A stretch of DNA of 64,000 nucleotides from Phoronis australis. Its lineage: Eukaryota > Animalia > Phoronida. The DNA lies in NCBI GenBank assembly GCA_002633005.1, contig NMRA01000205.1:2109-66108 (forward strand), written 5' to 3'. Of the stretch, positions 62,470 through 64,000 are shown piece by piece; positions within the stretch are counted from its first letter, which is position 1, and each line of letters opens with the position of its first letter. Under the pieces are notes generated by a model, which saw only the letters and a list, made by a program, of their open reading frames with translations, was not told the origin of the DNA and did not search any database. Made by a program: the position numbers and the translations under genes.

Positions 62470-64000
62470 GGGGCTATTCGGAAAATCTACAATAACTAGA
62501 GGGCGTGCGTGTACTAGTGGTGATAGATTAACAGCCTCGATTTCGCGAGCCCTTTAAATACATGGTGAAATGGCTTGCAGCCGTGCCAACTGAATCTGTG
62601 ATTGCGTAAAAAGGGTGCTTCTATGAGAGGAAGTAAGCACAACCTCATACAAAGGTAAGGTTTGTGATTATTTTTACGATTATTCCATGATTATTCTACC
62701 GATGCCTGTTAACTGAGGCACTCGCCGATGTCGACTTCGCGGCAGTCAGTCGCCAGCCAGAGTCTGGTTAATCTTTATATGTTGTGATATGTGATACGAT
62801 ACTTGACGTAGCAATCGGGATCTTTCGTACATCAAAGCATTATTATTGTTTGGAATGATTTCTAAAAGTTTATCAGTGATAGTTACATCAATCAATGCTG
62901 AATGTTTATGCTGTCAACTCGATACAGGTTAATGAGTTAAGATTACAATCCAATCCCAATGGTAAAGGGTACGTGAGTGATAAATATCCATTGCATTAGA
63001 CTATTTGTTTACTCCCTATCATATGTCTTCTGGCAATCTGTTACACGTTGAAATGGAAATCTATCACGTCAGTTTTCACGTAACCTTTGGTTTTTAGGTT
63101 TGAAGGCTTGTACCGTGCAGAGGAGATATGCTGTTTTGCTACTTGTATCAATTGTAAAACCACGAAAATATATTACATTTTCCGAATTCACAGTGACTGA
63201 ATAGTCTTAACTCATGCCTTGAATTGTTGCAAGTCGTTATAAATTCAAATGACTGCCATTTTTGTGAAAATTGCATTTTTGGTGGTGCCTTACGATTTGT
63301 AATTACTCTTAAACAACAGAAAGATTATCCATCCTTTTTAAATGACCCAAGTCTTCATATCTTCTATTAGAAGAAAAACGGTTCCCTCAACCTTAGGCTA
63401 GAAGTATGCTTGACAGACCTATGAACCTGTAATCTGAGTTTAAAATTGCTGAAAGCATCAAAATTAAAAAGGCTTGAAAATGGGTAACAAAGGTTTGAAG
63501 TTGTCTCAAAAAACTTGTATATTTTACAGAGAAGTGATGCGTTTAAAGAATTGTTATGGCTAGGGATAAAAAATAAAGACACAATTTTATGCAATACTCA
63601 TTATATACACCCTCGGTTTCTGAAAATAGTAAATATGTGAAACTGTAGACCAATCACCATATATTTTTGAAAAACAGGGATAACATTTTTGATCCAATCT
63701 GGAGTACTTAATTATTCATATTTCAATATTTGTTCCAGGTGCAGTGACATTTTAAGACCACTTCAAGCTGTATCATACACAAGCTTTGTTACTCCGTTCT
63801 CTTCCCACAGCACTTCCACACACCAGCAGTGCTGCTTGGCACAATGTGCAAGTCAGTGGCCCTGGAGAAATGTGAATCGCAGTACTAAGTTACCATAAGA
63901 CAGTGTGCCAGTGGAGTGTCTGTGTATCCAGATGAACTATATCTGACTGCTACACAAATAAGCCTTGTTGGCGAGGATGCCCTTTCATAGGCAATGAGTC
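62470..64000 (+). mobile_element. Second copy of the 12121 ISL2EU-type element (runs off the window end)
   Basis: AT|GGGGCTATTCGGAAAATC start; colinear with 12121-14010 except for a ~335-bp deletion (equivalent to 12787-13121) at ~63131. Confidence 0.9.

Overview
Repeat-rich eukaryotic (invertebrate animal-like) genomic DNA, not prokaryotic; there is no CRISPR array, rRNA or intact tRNA, and most ORF-track entries are spurious. Two spliced protein-coding genes can be rebuilt by hand. One is HAUS5/augmin subunit 5 (+, 10 exons from 44580, continuing past the window end) with a U12-type intron. The other is an unrecognised ~120-aa single-pass membrane protein (+, 4 exons, 5986-28731) whose second coding intron holds a ~20-kb nest of DNA transposons (Harbinger > MITE > ISL2EU > ISL2EU/Kolobok > MITEs). 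A probable spliced non-coding gene (-, ~30.7-32.5 kb) carries a candidate intronic H/ACA RNA. Other mobile elements include an Academ element (TIR+TSD) inserted in a LINE endonuclease, further Kolobok derivatives with TTAA TSDs, a deleted Gypsy LTR element (5-bp TSD) and a HERO-type RLE non-LTR element. The most unusual signal is in the HERO 3' UTR: all hammerhead-ribozyme core motifs are present, but in a non-circularly permuted order. All family assignments come from motif recognition by eye; no database searches were run.
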